Source: Candidatus Marinacidobacterales bacterium (GTDB taxonomy: Bacteria > Acidobacteriota > Vicinamibacteria > Marinacidobacterales > DATDRI01). Taken from it: a stretch of 64,000 nt of DNA. Below the pieces are notes generated by a model, which saw only the letters and a list, made by a program, of their open reading frames with translations, searched no databases and was not told the origin of the DNA. Shown piece by piece: positions 41,358 to 50,499 of the stretch (positions within the stretch are counted from its first letter, which is position 1; every line of letters begins with the position of its first letter). The stretch lies in assembly GCA_965219415.1 (NCBI GenBank), contig OZ244742.1, positions 800,001 to 864,000 of the forward strand. The letters are read 5' to 3'. A program made the position numbers and the translations under genes.

Positions 41358-42623
41358 TCAAGGCCCTTCGGAGCCGATGGTTACCTGAAAGACCTTCTCC
41401 GCAGTGCCCCCACTACGTTTGAACGCCTTCACGATGATCTCGTGACGACCGGGTCTTCCGATAATGAAATAGTGCTGAAAGGAACCATCGGGCCTAACCG
41501 ACACCCGCTCGTTGTTCACCGTTACTACAGCATCAGGATCGGTCGTTCCATTGAACGTTACGACGCCGTCGAGGGTTGCCGTCGGCGGGGCCACCAGAAG
41601 CTTTGGTGGTGTGTTGGTCCTCGCCCGCGAGCTAATAATGAACTTCGCGAAGTCGCTGTAGCCGCCCTGCCGTTCTTCGCCATCCTCAGCGCTGACTTTC
41701 CAATAGTAGGCGCCGGGCGCTAGCCCAGGGACGACTGCGCTCAGCCCTCGAACCTTGCTATCCCACAAGGGGTCGGAGAAGTTTGGCGTACGATCGAGCA
41801 GGACGTGGTATCGGTGAGCTCCGTCCACGCGGCCCCACTTCAGTTCGGTGTTCGAACGTGCCGGATCGCGGTGGACAATAGTCGAGAGATGGGCGGGCGA
41901 CGTGGCGGATGGGATCCCGGGCAGTCGGACTATTTCCGAGAACGTATTCTCCGCCGAAATTTCCACTTCCTCGCTAGAGCCGAGCTTCACGCTCTTACCG
42001 CCTGCCTCCAGATCCGTCGCACCTCGGAAGATGGTGAAACCGGACACTCGATTCGATTGATCGTACCGAACATCGGCAACCGTCCGCTCATCGAACCTCG
42101 CCTCGGTGTTCGGCGTTGCCAACTCGGAAATGGAACCTTCGACGTTCTTGGTCGGTGTCTGGAGATTCACCTGCCCTGCGGTCAACTTCACCGCAACGCG
42201 TCTTACGTTGGTGGCCGGGTCTTCGTGCGATTCTTCGATCACCAGAATCGTGTCCGGCTTCACCAGGTACTCCGTGCCATCGAAGAAACGAATGCGAGCC
42301 GTCGCCTTACTATTGGTCCTCACATGGTCATCCCGCGTAAGCGGGATTCCCATTCGTGCGTCGACCCACGCATAAGTCGCCGCCTTGCGAACGGTGACGT
42401 TTCCCGAGATTTCTATGAAACGAGCGCTGGTGTTGAGCGCAACCTCTGGTTCGGAGGCGGTCCCAATTTCGGGAGGCGCGTGGAAAACGAAGTAGTAAAA
42501 CGCGCCAGCACCGCCGAGCAGAAGAACGGCAGTGGCCAGCAACGAGTAGATGGTCCTGTGCCGGATGGTCACCCACTCCACGTGGATGCCGGGGCGGTCA
42601 TCGTACTGTCTTCGCTGCGACAT
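41358..42623 (-). CDS. FecR-domain membrane-anchored protein with Ig/FN3-like C-terminal domains
   Basis: Single TM, DHVRT...ARIRFFDGT, LTAG, TP and GAYYWKVSA motifs. Confidence 0.8.
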   Translation of the reverse strand: MSQRRQYDDRPGIHVEWVTIRHRTIYSLLATAVLLLGGAGAFYYFVFHAPPEIGTASEPEVALNTSARFIEISGNVTVRKAATYAWVDARMGIPLTRDDHVRTNSKATARIRFFDGTEYLVKPDTILVIEESHEDPATNVRRVAVKLTAGQVNLQTPTKNVEGSISELATPNTEARFDERTVADVRYDQSNRVSGFTIFRGATDLEAGGKSVKLGSSEEVEISAENTFSEIVRLPGIPSATSPAHLSTIVHRDPARSNTELKWGRVDGAHRYHVLLDRTPNFSDPLWDSKVRGLSAVVPGLAPGAYYWKVSAEDGEERQGGYSDFAKFIISSRARTNTPPKLLVAPPTATLDGVVTFNGTTDPDAVVTVNNERVSVRPDGSFQHYFIIGRPGRHEIIVKAFKRSGGTAEKVFQVTIGSEGP

Positions 42624-42827
42624 TTGAGCTTAAAGCTATACTGTACATGAGTTTAACATACCGCCGCTCACTTTTCAAAGCTTACTGGCGACATCCCGGA
42701 CGCCAATCCCGTTGAAAAAACGGGGGTTAAGGCTCCACCCTGGCCGACATCGCTTGGCAACGCCCCGTCGATCGAGCTTGATCGAGTCTGCACGATTCGT
42801 TAGCATTGTTGGTTTGGAGTCAACTAA

Positions 42828-44744
42828 ATGCTGAAGTACTTTCGAAATCGCCAGACGATGGGCTACCTGGTGGGCGTGATCCTGCTGGGGCTTGTTATCT
42901 TTGCTTTCATCGCTTTCTACATTCCTGATTTCCTCGGACCGGCGGGCGGAGCCGGCTTGACCGGTGAGATCGCGCGCGTCGAGGGGGTAGCGATCTCGGC
43001 GCAACAGTTCCAGCAACGCTACCGTCTTCAAGAGCAGGTCTATCGAGCCCAGCTCGGTCAACAGTACTCGGCTGCGCTGATGCGGCAATTGGGGCTGGAG
43101 GACCTCGTCCTGCGCGGGCTCATTCAGGACGCCCTGCTCGTTGTGGAAGCCGAACGGCAGGGTCTAACGGTCAGCGATGAAGAGCTGGCGGCGCGCATCG
43201 TTCGAGATCCGACATTCCAAAGTAACGGCCAATTCATCGGACGGGGCGCCTACATGCAGACGCTATCCCAAAATGGATGGACGGCGGGACAGTACGAGGC
43301 CGAGCTTCGCAGTCAAATCCTGCGCCAGAAACTGCAGACGCTCATCACCGATGGCGTCCTCGTTGGTTCCGAAGAAGTCGAGCGCGAGTATCGCAACCGT
43401 AACGAGATGGCCAAGTTAGAGTACGTGTACGTGCCCAAGGAACCGATCGACGCAAGCAAGGAAGTTGCCGACGAAGAGGTCGCCGCTTTCTTCGAAGAAA
43501 ACAAAGAACGATATCGGCTCCCCCTGCAACGCAAGATCCGATACCTAGCGATTACCGCTCAGCCCTTCCAGGCTTCGGTGACGGTTAGCGAGCGCGAAAT
43601 AGAACGTGACTACAACCGGAATCTTAGTCTCTACGAAACACCCATACGGTTAAGGGCCAGCCATATTCTGTTCAAGACCGCGGACAAGGACGAAGAGGAA
43701 GTTCGGCGCCAAGCCGAGGCGGTGCTAGCTGAGGTGAAGTCGGGTGGTGACTTCGCGGCTCTGGCAAAGGAACATTCCGAGGATACATCGGCGGAGCAGG
43801 GTGGGGATCTCGGCTTCTTTGGCCGAGGAGAGATGGTGCCCGAGTTTGAACAGGCGGCCTTTTCGTTGAGCATCGGAGATACCTCAGGGTTAGTAAAGAG
43901 CGCCTACGGTTTCCACATCATCAAGGCGACCGAACGGCAAGAGCCATTCGCCCGGGAGCTCGCCGACGTGCGAGACGAGATAAGGAGTCGGCTGACTCAG
44001 GAAAAAGCCGTGGCGCTGATGGGCGATGCGGTGACCCAAGCCGGCGAATACCTGCGTAGCACAGAGAACTTGGAAGGATTGGCACAGCAGTACGATCTCC
44101 TGACCACGCAAGAGACCGAATTCTTCGGGCGCCAGGACGCAGTCCCGCAGCTCGGTGGCTCCCAAGGTCTCAGAAGCTTGGTCTTCGAGCTCCCCATCGG
44201 CGAAGTATCGCCACCGCTCCGCCAGGGGCAAGACTATGTCTTCTTCGAAGTACTCAAAGAAAGAGAGTCCCACGTTCCCGAGTTCGAAGACGTTCGGGAG
44301 CAGGTGAAGAAAGACATGTTGGACGAAGGAGCGGTGGACGCTGCACGCTCGAAGGCCCAAGAGATCCGTCTCAAGTTGGCCGACGCTCGAACCGCGGCCG
44401 ACGCAACCAAGGCGGCGGGCGCCGAGCTCAAGACCGCGGATAGCTTTTACCGAGGAACGCAGCTACCCGAGGCCGGTCGCTCGCCAGCGGTGCAAGATGC
44501 CGCATTTGGTAATGAGACCGGCACTTTTTCCGCGCCACTTCCGTCGCCCAACGGTTTCATCGTCCTCCGTGTGGTAGAGCGAACCGGATACGATCCCGAG
44601 AAGTTCGCTTCCGAAAAAGACACCTTTACCGAACAAGTGCTCACCCAAAAGCGGCAGCAGTTCTGGGCCGCCTATCTGCAGGCTCTCCAGCAGCGTTCGT
44701 CGGTCGAAGTAGACCGAGACACCCTCCGGGCCCTAACGGGATAA
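42828..44744 (+). CDS. ppiD: PpiD-like peptidyl-prolyl isomerase (SurA N-terminal domain plus rotamase)
   Basis: N-terminal TM, ASHIL, FAALAKEHSED, GGDLG, MVPEFE and YGFHII motifs. Confidence 0.9.
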   Translation: MLKYFRNRQTMGYLVGVILLGLVIFAFIAFYIPDFLGPAGGAGLTGEIARVEGVAISAQQFQQRYRLQEQVYRAQLGQQYSAALMRQLGLEDLVLRGLIQDALLVVEAERQGLTVSDEELAARIVRDPTFQSNGQFIGRGAYMQTLSQNGWTAGQYEAELRSQILRQKLQTLITDGVLVGSEEVEREYRNRNEMAKLEYVYVPKEPIDASKEVADEEVAAFFEENKERYRLPLQRKIRYLAITAQPFQASVTVSEREIERDYNRNLSLYETPIRLRASHILFKTADKDEEEVRRQAEAVLAEVKSGGDFAALAKEHSEDTSAEQGGDLGFFGRGEMVPEFEQAAFSLSIGDTSGLVKSAYGFHIIKATERQEPFARELADVRDEIRSRLTQEKAVALMGDAVTQAGEYLRSTENLEGLAQQYDLLTTQETEFFGRQDAVPQLGGSQGLRSLVFELPIGEVSPPLRQGQDYVFFEVLKERESHVPEFEDVREQVKKDMLDEGAVDAARSKAQEIRLKLADARTAADATKAAGAELKTADSFYRGTQLPEAGRSPAVQDAAFGNETGTFSAPLPSPNGFIVLRVVERTGYDPEKFASEKDTFTEQVLTQKRQQFWAAYLQALQQRSSVEVDRDTLRALTG

Positions 44745-44770
44745 GACGGAATGATCGGACGAGACCGCCC

Positions 44771-45121
44771 ATGAAGCTCGATCTACGCGAGAAAAAAAGT
44801 GTGGCCATCCTCGACGTCTCGGGGCCGGTCACTTCGGGCGGCGGCGACGCGATGATTCAGGAAGCTATCGACACGCTGGTAGCGTCCGGGATGACGAAGA
44901 TCCTGCTCAACTTATCCAAAGTCGACTTCATGGACAGCGCAGGAGTCGGTGAGCTGGTAGCCAGCCATCGCATGGTGGAACGGTTCGGCGGCAAGCTCAA
45001 GGTCTTGAGCGCCTCTCCCAAGGTGCGGAGCTCTCTCTCCACTGCCAAGCTCCTCCCCCTCTTCGAAGTATTCGAGGATGAGGCGGAAGCCCTCGAGAGC
45101 TTCGGCGACAGCGAATCCTGA
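44771..45121 (+). CDS. STAS-domain anti-sigma factor antagonist
   Basis: LLNLSKVDFMDSAGVGELV motif. Confidence 0.93.
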   Translation: MKLDLREKKSVAILDVSGPVTSGGGDAMIQEAIDTLVASGMTKILLNLSKVDFMDSAGVGELVASHRMVERFGGKLKVLSASPKVRSSLSTAKLLPLFEVFEDEAEALESFGDSES

Positions 45122-45123
45122 CC

Positions 45124-46339
45124 TCACTCGTGTCTTAGAGCGTCGACCGGGTTCTTACTCGCCGCCTCCCACGCAGGGAAGATCCCAAATCCCACTCCGG
45201 TTGTTCCCGCCAAGATCAAAGCGGTGAGCAATGTCGCACCGCTGGTGGCCGTCGGCCAACCTGCGAACCGGGATACCGCGAACGAGGCCACGACACCAAG
45301 AAGGATCCCGGCTGCGCCTCCCGCTCCGGTCAGGAGCACCGCTTCCGCCAGGAACTGCTCGACGATGTCGACTCGACTAGCTCCCAGAGAGCGCCGTATC
45401 CCTATCTCCCGCGTGCGCTCGCTGACATTGGCCAGCATGATGTTCATGATGCCAATCCCGCCGACGAGAAGCGAGATGGCCGCCACCGTCCCCAACCACC
45501 ACATTAAACTGAAAACGTGCCCGTTCGTAGCCAGCGAGCAAATCCTTTGGCACTACTACGTCGAAATCGCTCGCTCCCCGATGGCGTCTTCGCAAGACAG
45601 AGTCGATCAACCGTGCCGAACCGCTCACTTCGTCAGAATCGACTATCGTGATCGCGATCTCGTCGACAAGCCCCCGCGGCATTGGTAGAGAAGTCAGCGG
45701 AGTCAAGGCGGACCGATTGATGTCCCGCCCTCCAATGCGATTCTCGCGTTTCGATCTTTCGCGCCCCCCGAGCGTTCCGACCACCGAGTACCACTCCTCC
45801 CCGACCCGCACTCTTTTCCCCATTGCATCCTGATACGGAAACAAACCCTTGGACAGATCGTGTCCCAGCACGATGACGCGTTTGGCATCTCGCAAGTCAG
45901 AGTCGGAGAGGAATCTTCCGCTTGCGATCACCACCTCTTCGGTACTCTCGAACGAAGGTGTCGTCGCAATCAGCAGTGCCTCGACTCTCCGATTTGACGC
46001 GACAACCTGAACCGAGCGTACCCGCAACGGTGCAAGGTTCGCCACGGTTGGACAAACCTCCGAGATCGCTTCTGCATCTCGGAGGGTGAGCCCCGGCGAT
46101 TGAAGAGCCACCGCCTCGCTCTCCGCTTCTTCGGAGAGCCCGCCCGCCCGGACCGAGATTCTCGTCAACCCCAATCGTCCGATCTCGGCGAGGATTTCGC
46201 GGCGCGCTCCTTCCCCAACCGACATCATCGAGACCACGGCGGTGACACCGAAGACGATTCCGATCGCCGACAAAGTCGAGCGCAGTTTATGGAGAGCGAG
46301 TCCTTGCCATGCCAGCGGCCCGAGTACTCGTGGGCTCAT
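45124..46339 (-). CDS. MacB-like ABC transporter permease with a frameshift near 45500
   Basis: KLRSTLS..GIVFG, GRF, GGIGIMNIML..V.ERTREIGIR and PVDALRHE motifs. Confidence 0.9.
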
Positions 46340-47040
46340 GACGTGACCGAACCCGGGGTTCGGGTTCCCACTAAACTTCCGTCGTTCAGCTCTATGACGC
46401 GCTCGGCCCGACGGCCAACCGCATCGTCGTGCGTGATCAAAACGATCGTCCGTCCTTGGTCGCGGAGCTCGAGTAAAAGGTCGAGAACATTTTCACCCGT
46501 TCGGGAATCAAGGTTTCCCGTCGGCTCGTCGGCCAAGAGGATATCGGGCTCATTGACCAGCGCCCTGGCCAGCGCGACCCGTCGGGCCTCTCCACCCGAA
46601 AGCTCCGCCGGACGGTGGGATGCCCTCTCGAGGATCTCGAGCCTTTCAAGAGCCGCCAAGGCCCTGCGCCGCCACTCTCGCTGCGGTCGATCGCTATAAA
46701 GAAGGACCGTCTCGATGTTCTCCACGACGTTCATCTGCGGGATCAAGTTGAACGATTGAAAAAGAAAACCGATGCGCCGACTACGGAGACGGCTCGCGGC
46801 GCGATCATCTAGCCCCGCAACATTTTCGCCGTCGAGAAGGATTCGACCCGAGGTCGGGGTGTCGAGACAACCCAGAAGGTTAAGGAGAGTCGATTTTCCG
46901 GAGCCGGACGGCCCCATGATGGCCAGGAAGCTCCCGCGCTCGACCCGCAGGCTGACACCGACAAGCGCAATGAGATCGTTTCGCGGACGAGTGTAGACTT
47001 TGCCCACGTCGATGGCCTCGAGCAAAGGTGAAGCCCCCAT
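46336..47040 (-). CDS. ABC transporter ATP-binding protein (LolD/MacB-type)
   Basis: GPSGSGKST, LSGGE, LADEPTGNLD and ITHD motifs. Confidence 0.95.
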   Translation of the reverse strand: MGASPLLEAIDVGKVYTRPRNDLIALVGVSLRVERGSFLAIMGPSGSGKSTLLNLLGCLDTPTSGRILLDGENVAGLDDRAASRLRSRRIGFLFQSFNLIPQMNVVENIETVLLYSDRPQREWRRRALAALERLEILERASHRPAELSGGEARRVALARALVNEPDILLADEPTGNLDSRTGENVLDLLLELRDQGRTIVLITHDDAVGRRAERVIELNDGSLVGTRTPGSVTS

Positions 47041-47057
47041 CGGCGACGGGATTCGCC

Positions 47058-47606
47058 CTAAGATCCCATGGGCGATACGATGTCCAAGAAGCCGGTCCCT
47101 TTGTTCCCGAGTGAACCGTCGTCGGTCGGGTCACGGAGAAGCACCCTTTCTCCTTGCTCCAGGCCGGCTTCGATCACGATGTGGTTCTCGTTGCTCGGAC
47201 CGGTCAAAACCTCCCGCACCTGTGCCTTTCCCTGGCGAAGCACAAAGCAGTAGCGGCGGCCGCCCTTTTCGAACACCGACTCCAGGGGAACGTAGCGGGC
47301 GTTGTCGATTTGTTCGACGAGTAGCTCGACGCGCGCACTCATGCCGGGCCGAAGACGAGGATCAACCCTCTTGACCAGAATCGTCACCCGGAAGTACTTA
47401 CCCGATGGACCACCTGGCTCCTGCTGGGCGAGCGCTCCAATGAAACTGACATCGCCCTGCAGTTGGAGTTGCGGGTAGGCCTCCACGAAAATGAGAACGC
47501 GCTGGTTCTTCTCCACCTTGTAGATGTCGGTTTCACGAATCTGGGTTTCGGCCACCATTTGAGACAAATCTGGCACCATGACGATGGGCTGATTCGGCCA
47601 CACCTC
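47058..47606 (-). pseudogene. C-terminal part of an efflux periplasmic adaptor (MFP). The N-terminus is missing.
   Basis: PDLSQM, ETDI, LRPGMSA, VPLESV and GLEQGERV motifs. It starts abruptly inside the kinase ORF. Confidence 0.8.
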
Positions 47607-48646
47607 CCGGCGCGGCCCATTGCGGTGGGCGGTACCGAGGTTCCACGTGCCGTCCGGTAACCGCGGCCGGTGCTGCCGGGAGAAGTGCGTCCCATGCGAC
47701 CGGAGCTTCCGGGGCGCATAGTGCCCCGCCGTCCACTTCCTACGCCGGAGGGAGTGTCCCGCGGCGGCGCCGACTCCGGGTCGAACGCAGTATCAAAAAG
47801 AGTATCTTCGGAAATTGCGCCTTCGAAGACGCGGAGAAACTCCTTGATGTCATCCGCCATTGTCTCGGCGGACTCGTATCGCTCATCGGAGTCTTTCGCC
47901 AAGGCAAGGCCGACGATGTCTTGGAGCTGGTCGATCTGTTGTCCATCCGGTAGAACGAGCAGCGGTGGTTCGTTGGTCAGGATCTTATAGAACGTCGCTT
48001 GAATGTTCTCGCCGGTGAAGGGCTTCTTGTTCGTTAGCAGCCGATAGAGAATGATGCCGACGCTGAAAATGTCGGAACGACCGTCGACCTTTTGTCCGCG
48101 TATTTGCTCCGGAGACATGTAGTCGGCAGTGCCAAGTATGGCGCCGGTTTGGGTCTGCGAGGACTGCATCCACCGCGCCACGCCGAAGTCCATGATCTTG
48201 ACTCCACCGCCCTCCATGACAAAGACATTGGCCGGCTTGATGTCGCGGTGAACGATCCCGGCGCCGTGGGCATGCGCCAGCCCCCGACAAACCTGAGCCA
48301 CGATTTCCAAGCGTTGCCCGAACGAAGGAGGGTCCTTGCGAATTCTTCTTTCGAGGTCGGTGCCCTTGAGGAGCTCCATCGCGATGAAGGGAGAGCCTCC
48401 CTCGTCGTAGCCAAGGTCGTAGATGGTGACTATATTGGCATGCTGGAGCCTGGCCACCGCCTTGGCCTCACGCTCGAAACGCTGGCGCAAGTCATCGTCA
48501 GAGACGATAGTGCTGGCCATGACCTTGAGCGCCACTTCGCGCTCGAGAACGGGATCCCAGTCGAGATACACAACGCCCATCGCACCTTTGCCAAGATCCT
48601 TTCGGATCTCGTACTTGCCGAGTTTGCCGATGGGTGTTTGAGACAT
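47384..48646 (-). CDS. Hanks-type Ser/Thr protein kinase, apparently truncated at the C-terminus near 47606
   Basis: LGKGAMG, VALK, HRDIKPAN, DFG, YMSPE and SDIFS motifs. The tail reads out of frame through the MFP fragment. Confidence 0.92.
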   Translation of the reverse strand: MSQTPIGKLGKYEIRKDLGKGAMGVVYLDWDPVLEREVALKVMASTIVSDDDLRQRFEREAKAVARLQHANIVTIYDLGYDEGGSPFIAMELLKGTDLERRIRKDPPSFGQRLEIVAQVCRGLAHAHGAGIVHRDIKPANVFVMEGGGVKIMDFGVARWMQSSQTQTGAILGTADYMSPEQIRGQKVDGRSDIFSVGIILYRLLTNKKPFTGENIQATFYKILTNEPPLLVLPDGQQIDQLQDIVGLALAKDSDERYESAETMADDIKEFLRVFEGAISEDTLFDTAFDPESAPPRDTPSGVGSGRRGTMRPGSSGRMGRTSPGSTGRGYRTARGTSVPPTAMGRAGRCGRISPSSWCQICLKWWPKPRFVKPTSTRWRRTSAFSFSWRPTRNSNCRAMSVSLERSPSRSQVVHRVSTSG

Positions 48647-48806
48647 ATGTCCTTGGCGATATTCACGCCTTTAGCTATTTTAGCAAAGAATTTCGAGCTT
48701 GTTGACCCCCATGCCGGACCCTAAACAGGTGTCGCCCCCACCCCTTGGGGGCAGAAACTGCGGCATTTCGCCCATCCCGTATCGCCTCCCAGGCCGACCT
48801 GGGAGG

Positions 48807-48835
48807 TTGACTGCCAGCCATACATCCATTAGATT
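48807..48835 (+). promoter_or_regulatory. Sigma70 promoter upstream of the gdh leader
   Basis: TTGACT-17 nt-TAGATT, preceded by the perfect inverted repeat CCTCCCAGG-CCGA-CCTGGGAGG. Confidence 0.7.
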
Positions 48836-48933
48836 AGCGCCGCCCTGAACGGCCGCCGGTGCAAGGATCGAAACGGGGCCCCCACGCGGGCCGGAACCAA
48901 ACTTGCACGCGGTCGTTCCACGAGGACGAAGCC

Positions 48934-48988
48934 CAGCAGAAGGGTTGAAGAATTCACGGCACCCCGGCGCGAACGGAGCGAGCACTCT
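48934..48988 (+). repeat. Modular intergenic repeat, short copy C
   Basis: CAGCAG..TTGAAGAATTCACGGCACCC..GCGCGA matches the starts of copies D and E. Confidence 0.65.
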
Positions 48989-49184
48989 AAATGTCACCGA
49001 AGGCGGCTCCAACCGGACGGACCGCTCCCAAGCTCTCTATGGCGAAGAACTGCCCATGGGACGCCCTCGCTACAAAACCGTGACCGCCCTCATTCGACGG
49101 CCTGCCGCGATGCCCCAGAGTCGCGACCGCTCGTCGTTCGCTAACATCCGAAAGGCCAGTTGACACCCCACGCGGAGGAAAATA

Positions 49185-50450
49185 ATGGCGACCACACAAA
49201 TCAAGGAAAACCTGAATCCTTTTCACATCGCTTCGCAACAATTCGACAACGCGGCTGAAATCCTGAATCTGAGCTCGGGGATGCGCGAGGTGCTCCGAAG
49301 CCCGAAGAGGCAACTCGTGGTCTCCATTCCGACAAGGATGGACGATGGTCAAGTGAGAGTCTTCGAAGGCTATCGTGTGCAGCACAATATTGCGCGAGGC
49401 CCAGCAAAGGGTGGCATCCGATACCACCCCAACGTCACTTTGGACGAGGTGAAGGCGCTCGCGGCTTGGATGACGTGGAAGACCGCGACCGTGAACGTCC
49501 CCTACGGCGGTGGAAAAGGCGGAGTTATCTGCGATCCTAAGAACATGTCCGAAAGAGAGCTCGAGAATATGACGCGGCGTTTCGCAGCCGAGCTCTCGAT
49601 CATCATCGGGCCCGATCGAGACATCCCCGCTCCCGATGTCTACACCAACGCTCAAACCATGGCCTGGATCATGGACACCTATAGCATGATCCAAGGACAC
49701 TCCACTCTCGCCGTCGTAACCGGCAAGCCGATCGAGCTAGGCGGATCGCGTGGTCGGCACGAGGCGACTGCCCGGGGTTGTCTCTTCACCATCCGGGAAG
49801 CGTGCAAGGAAAAAGGGATCAACCTCGAAACCGCCACCGCAGCAGTACAAGGCTACGGGAACGCCGGGTACATCAGCGCAGACTTGCTAGCCAAGGACGG
49901 TGCGAAGATCATTGCGGTATCCGATTCCCGCGCCGGTATATTGAACACGAATGGGCTCGATCCCAAGAAGGTTCTCGCTCACAAACAAGAGAACGGTTCG
50001 GTTGCGGGTTTCCCTGGCGCCGACGAGATCACCAACGAAGAGCTCCTTCAACAAAAATGTGACGTTCTAGTCCCGGCCGCGCTCGAGAACCAAATCACGA
50101 TGGATAACGCTGCTTCGGTCCAAGCCAAGATCGTGGCGGAGGCAGCGAACGGGCCGACCACGCCCGGCGCCGATGACATTCTTCACGACAAGGGCATCTT
50201 CTTGATCCCCGACATCTTGGCCAACGCCGGCGGCGTGACGGTTTCTTACTTCGAATGGGTTCAGGATATGCAGGGCTTTTTCTGGGATGAGGACGAAGTG
50301 AATCGGCAGTTGGAAAAAATCATGATCCGCGCATTTCAGGAAGTAGGTCAGTCGGCGAAAAAGCACAAGGTTCACAGTCGAATTGGGGCGTACGTTTTGG
50401 CAGTCGGCCGCGTTGCCGAAGCCACGAAGGTTCGGGGTCTCTTTCCGTAG
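49185..50450 (+). CDS. gdhA: Glu/Leu/Phe/Val dehydrogenase, most likely glutamate dehydrogenase
   Basis: GPAKGGIRY, GGGKGG, DIPAPD, QGYGNAG, EAANGP and NAGGVTVSYFEW motifs. Confidence 0.95.
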   Translation: MATTQIKENLNPFHIASQQFDNAAEILNLSSGMREVLRSPKRQLVVSIPTRMDDGQVRVFEGYRVQHNIARGPAKGGIRYHPNVTLDEVKALAAWMTWKTATVNVPYGGGKGGVICDPKNMSERELENMTRRFAAELSIIIGPDRDIPAPDVYTNAQTMAWIMDTYSMIQGHSTLAVVTGKPIELGGSRGRHEATARGCLFTIREACKEKGINLETATAAVQGYGNAGYISADLLAKDGAKIIAVSDSRAGILNTNGLDPKKVLAHKQENGSVAGFPGADEITNEELLQQKCDVLVPAALENQITMDNAASVQAKIVAEAANGPTTPGADDILHDKGIFLIPDILANAGGVTVSYFEWVQDMQGFFWDEDEVNRQLEKIMIRAFQEVGQSAKKHKVHSRIGAYVLAVGRVAEATKVRGLFP

Positions 50451-50499
50451 GCTCGGAGAGCCCCTTACAAGAACTTTGTCGGTTGTAAAATAGGAGCTC

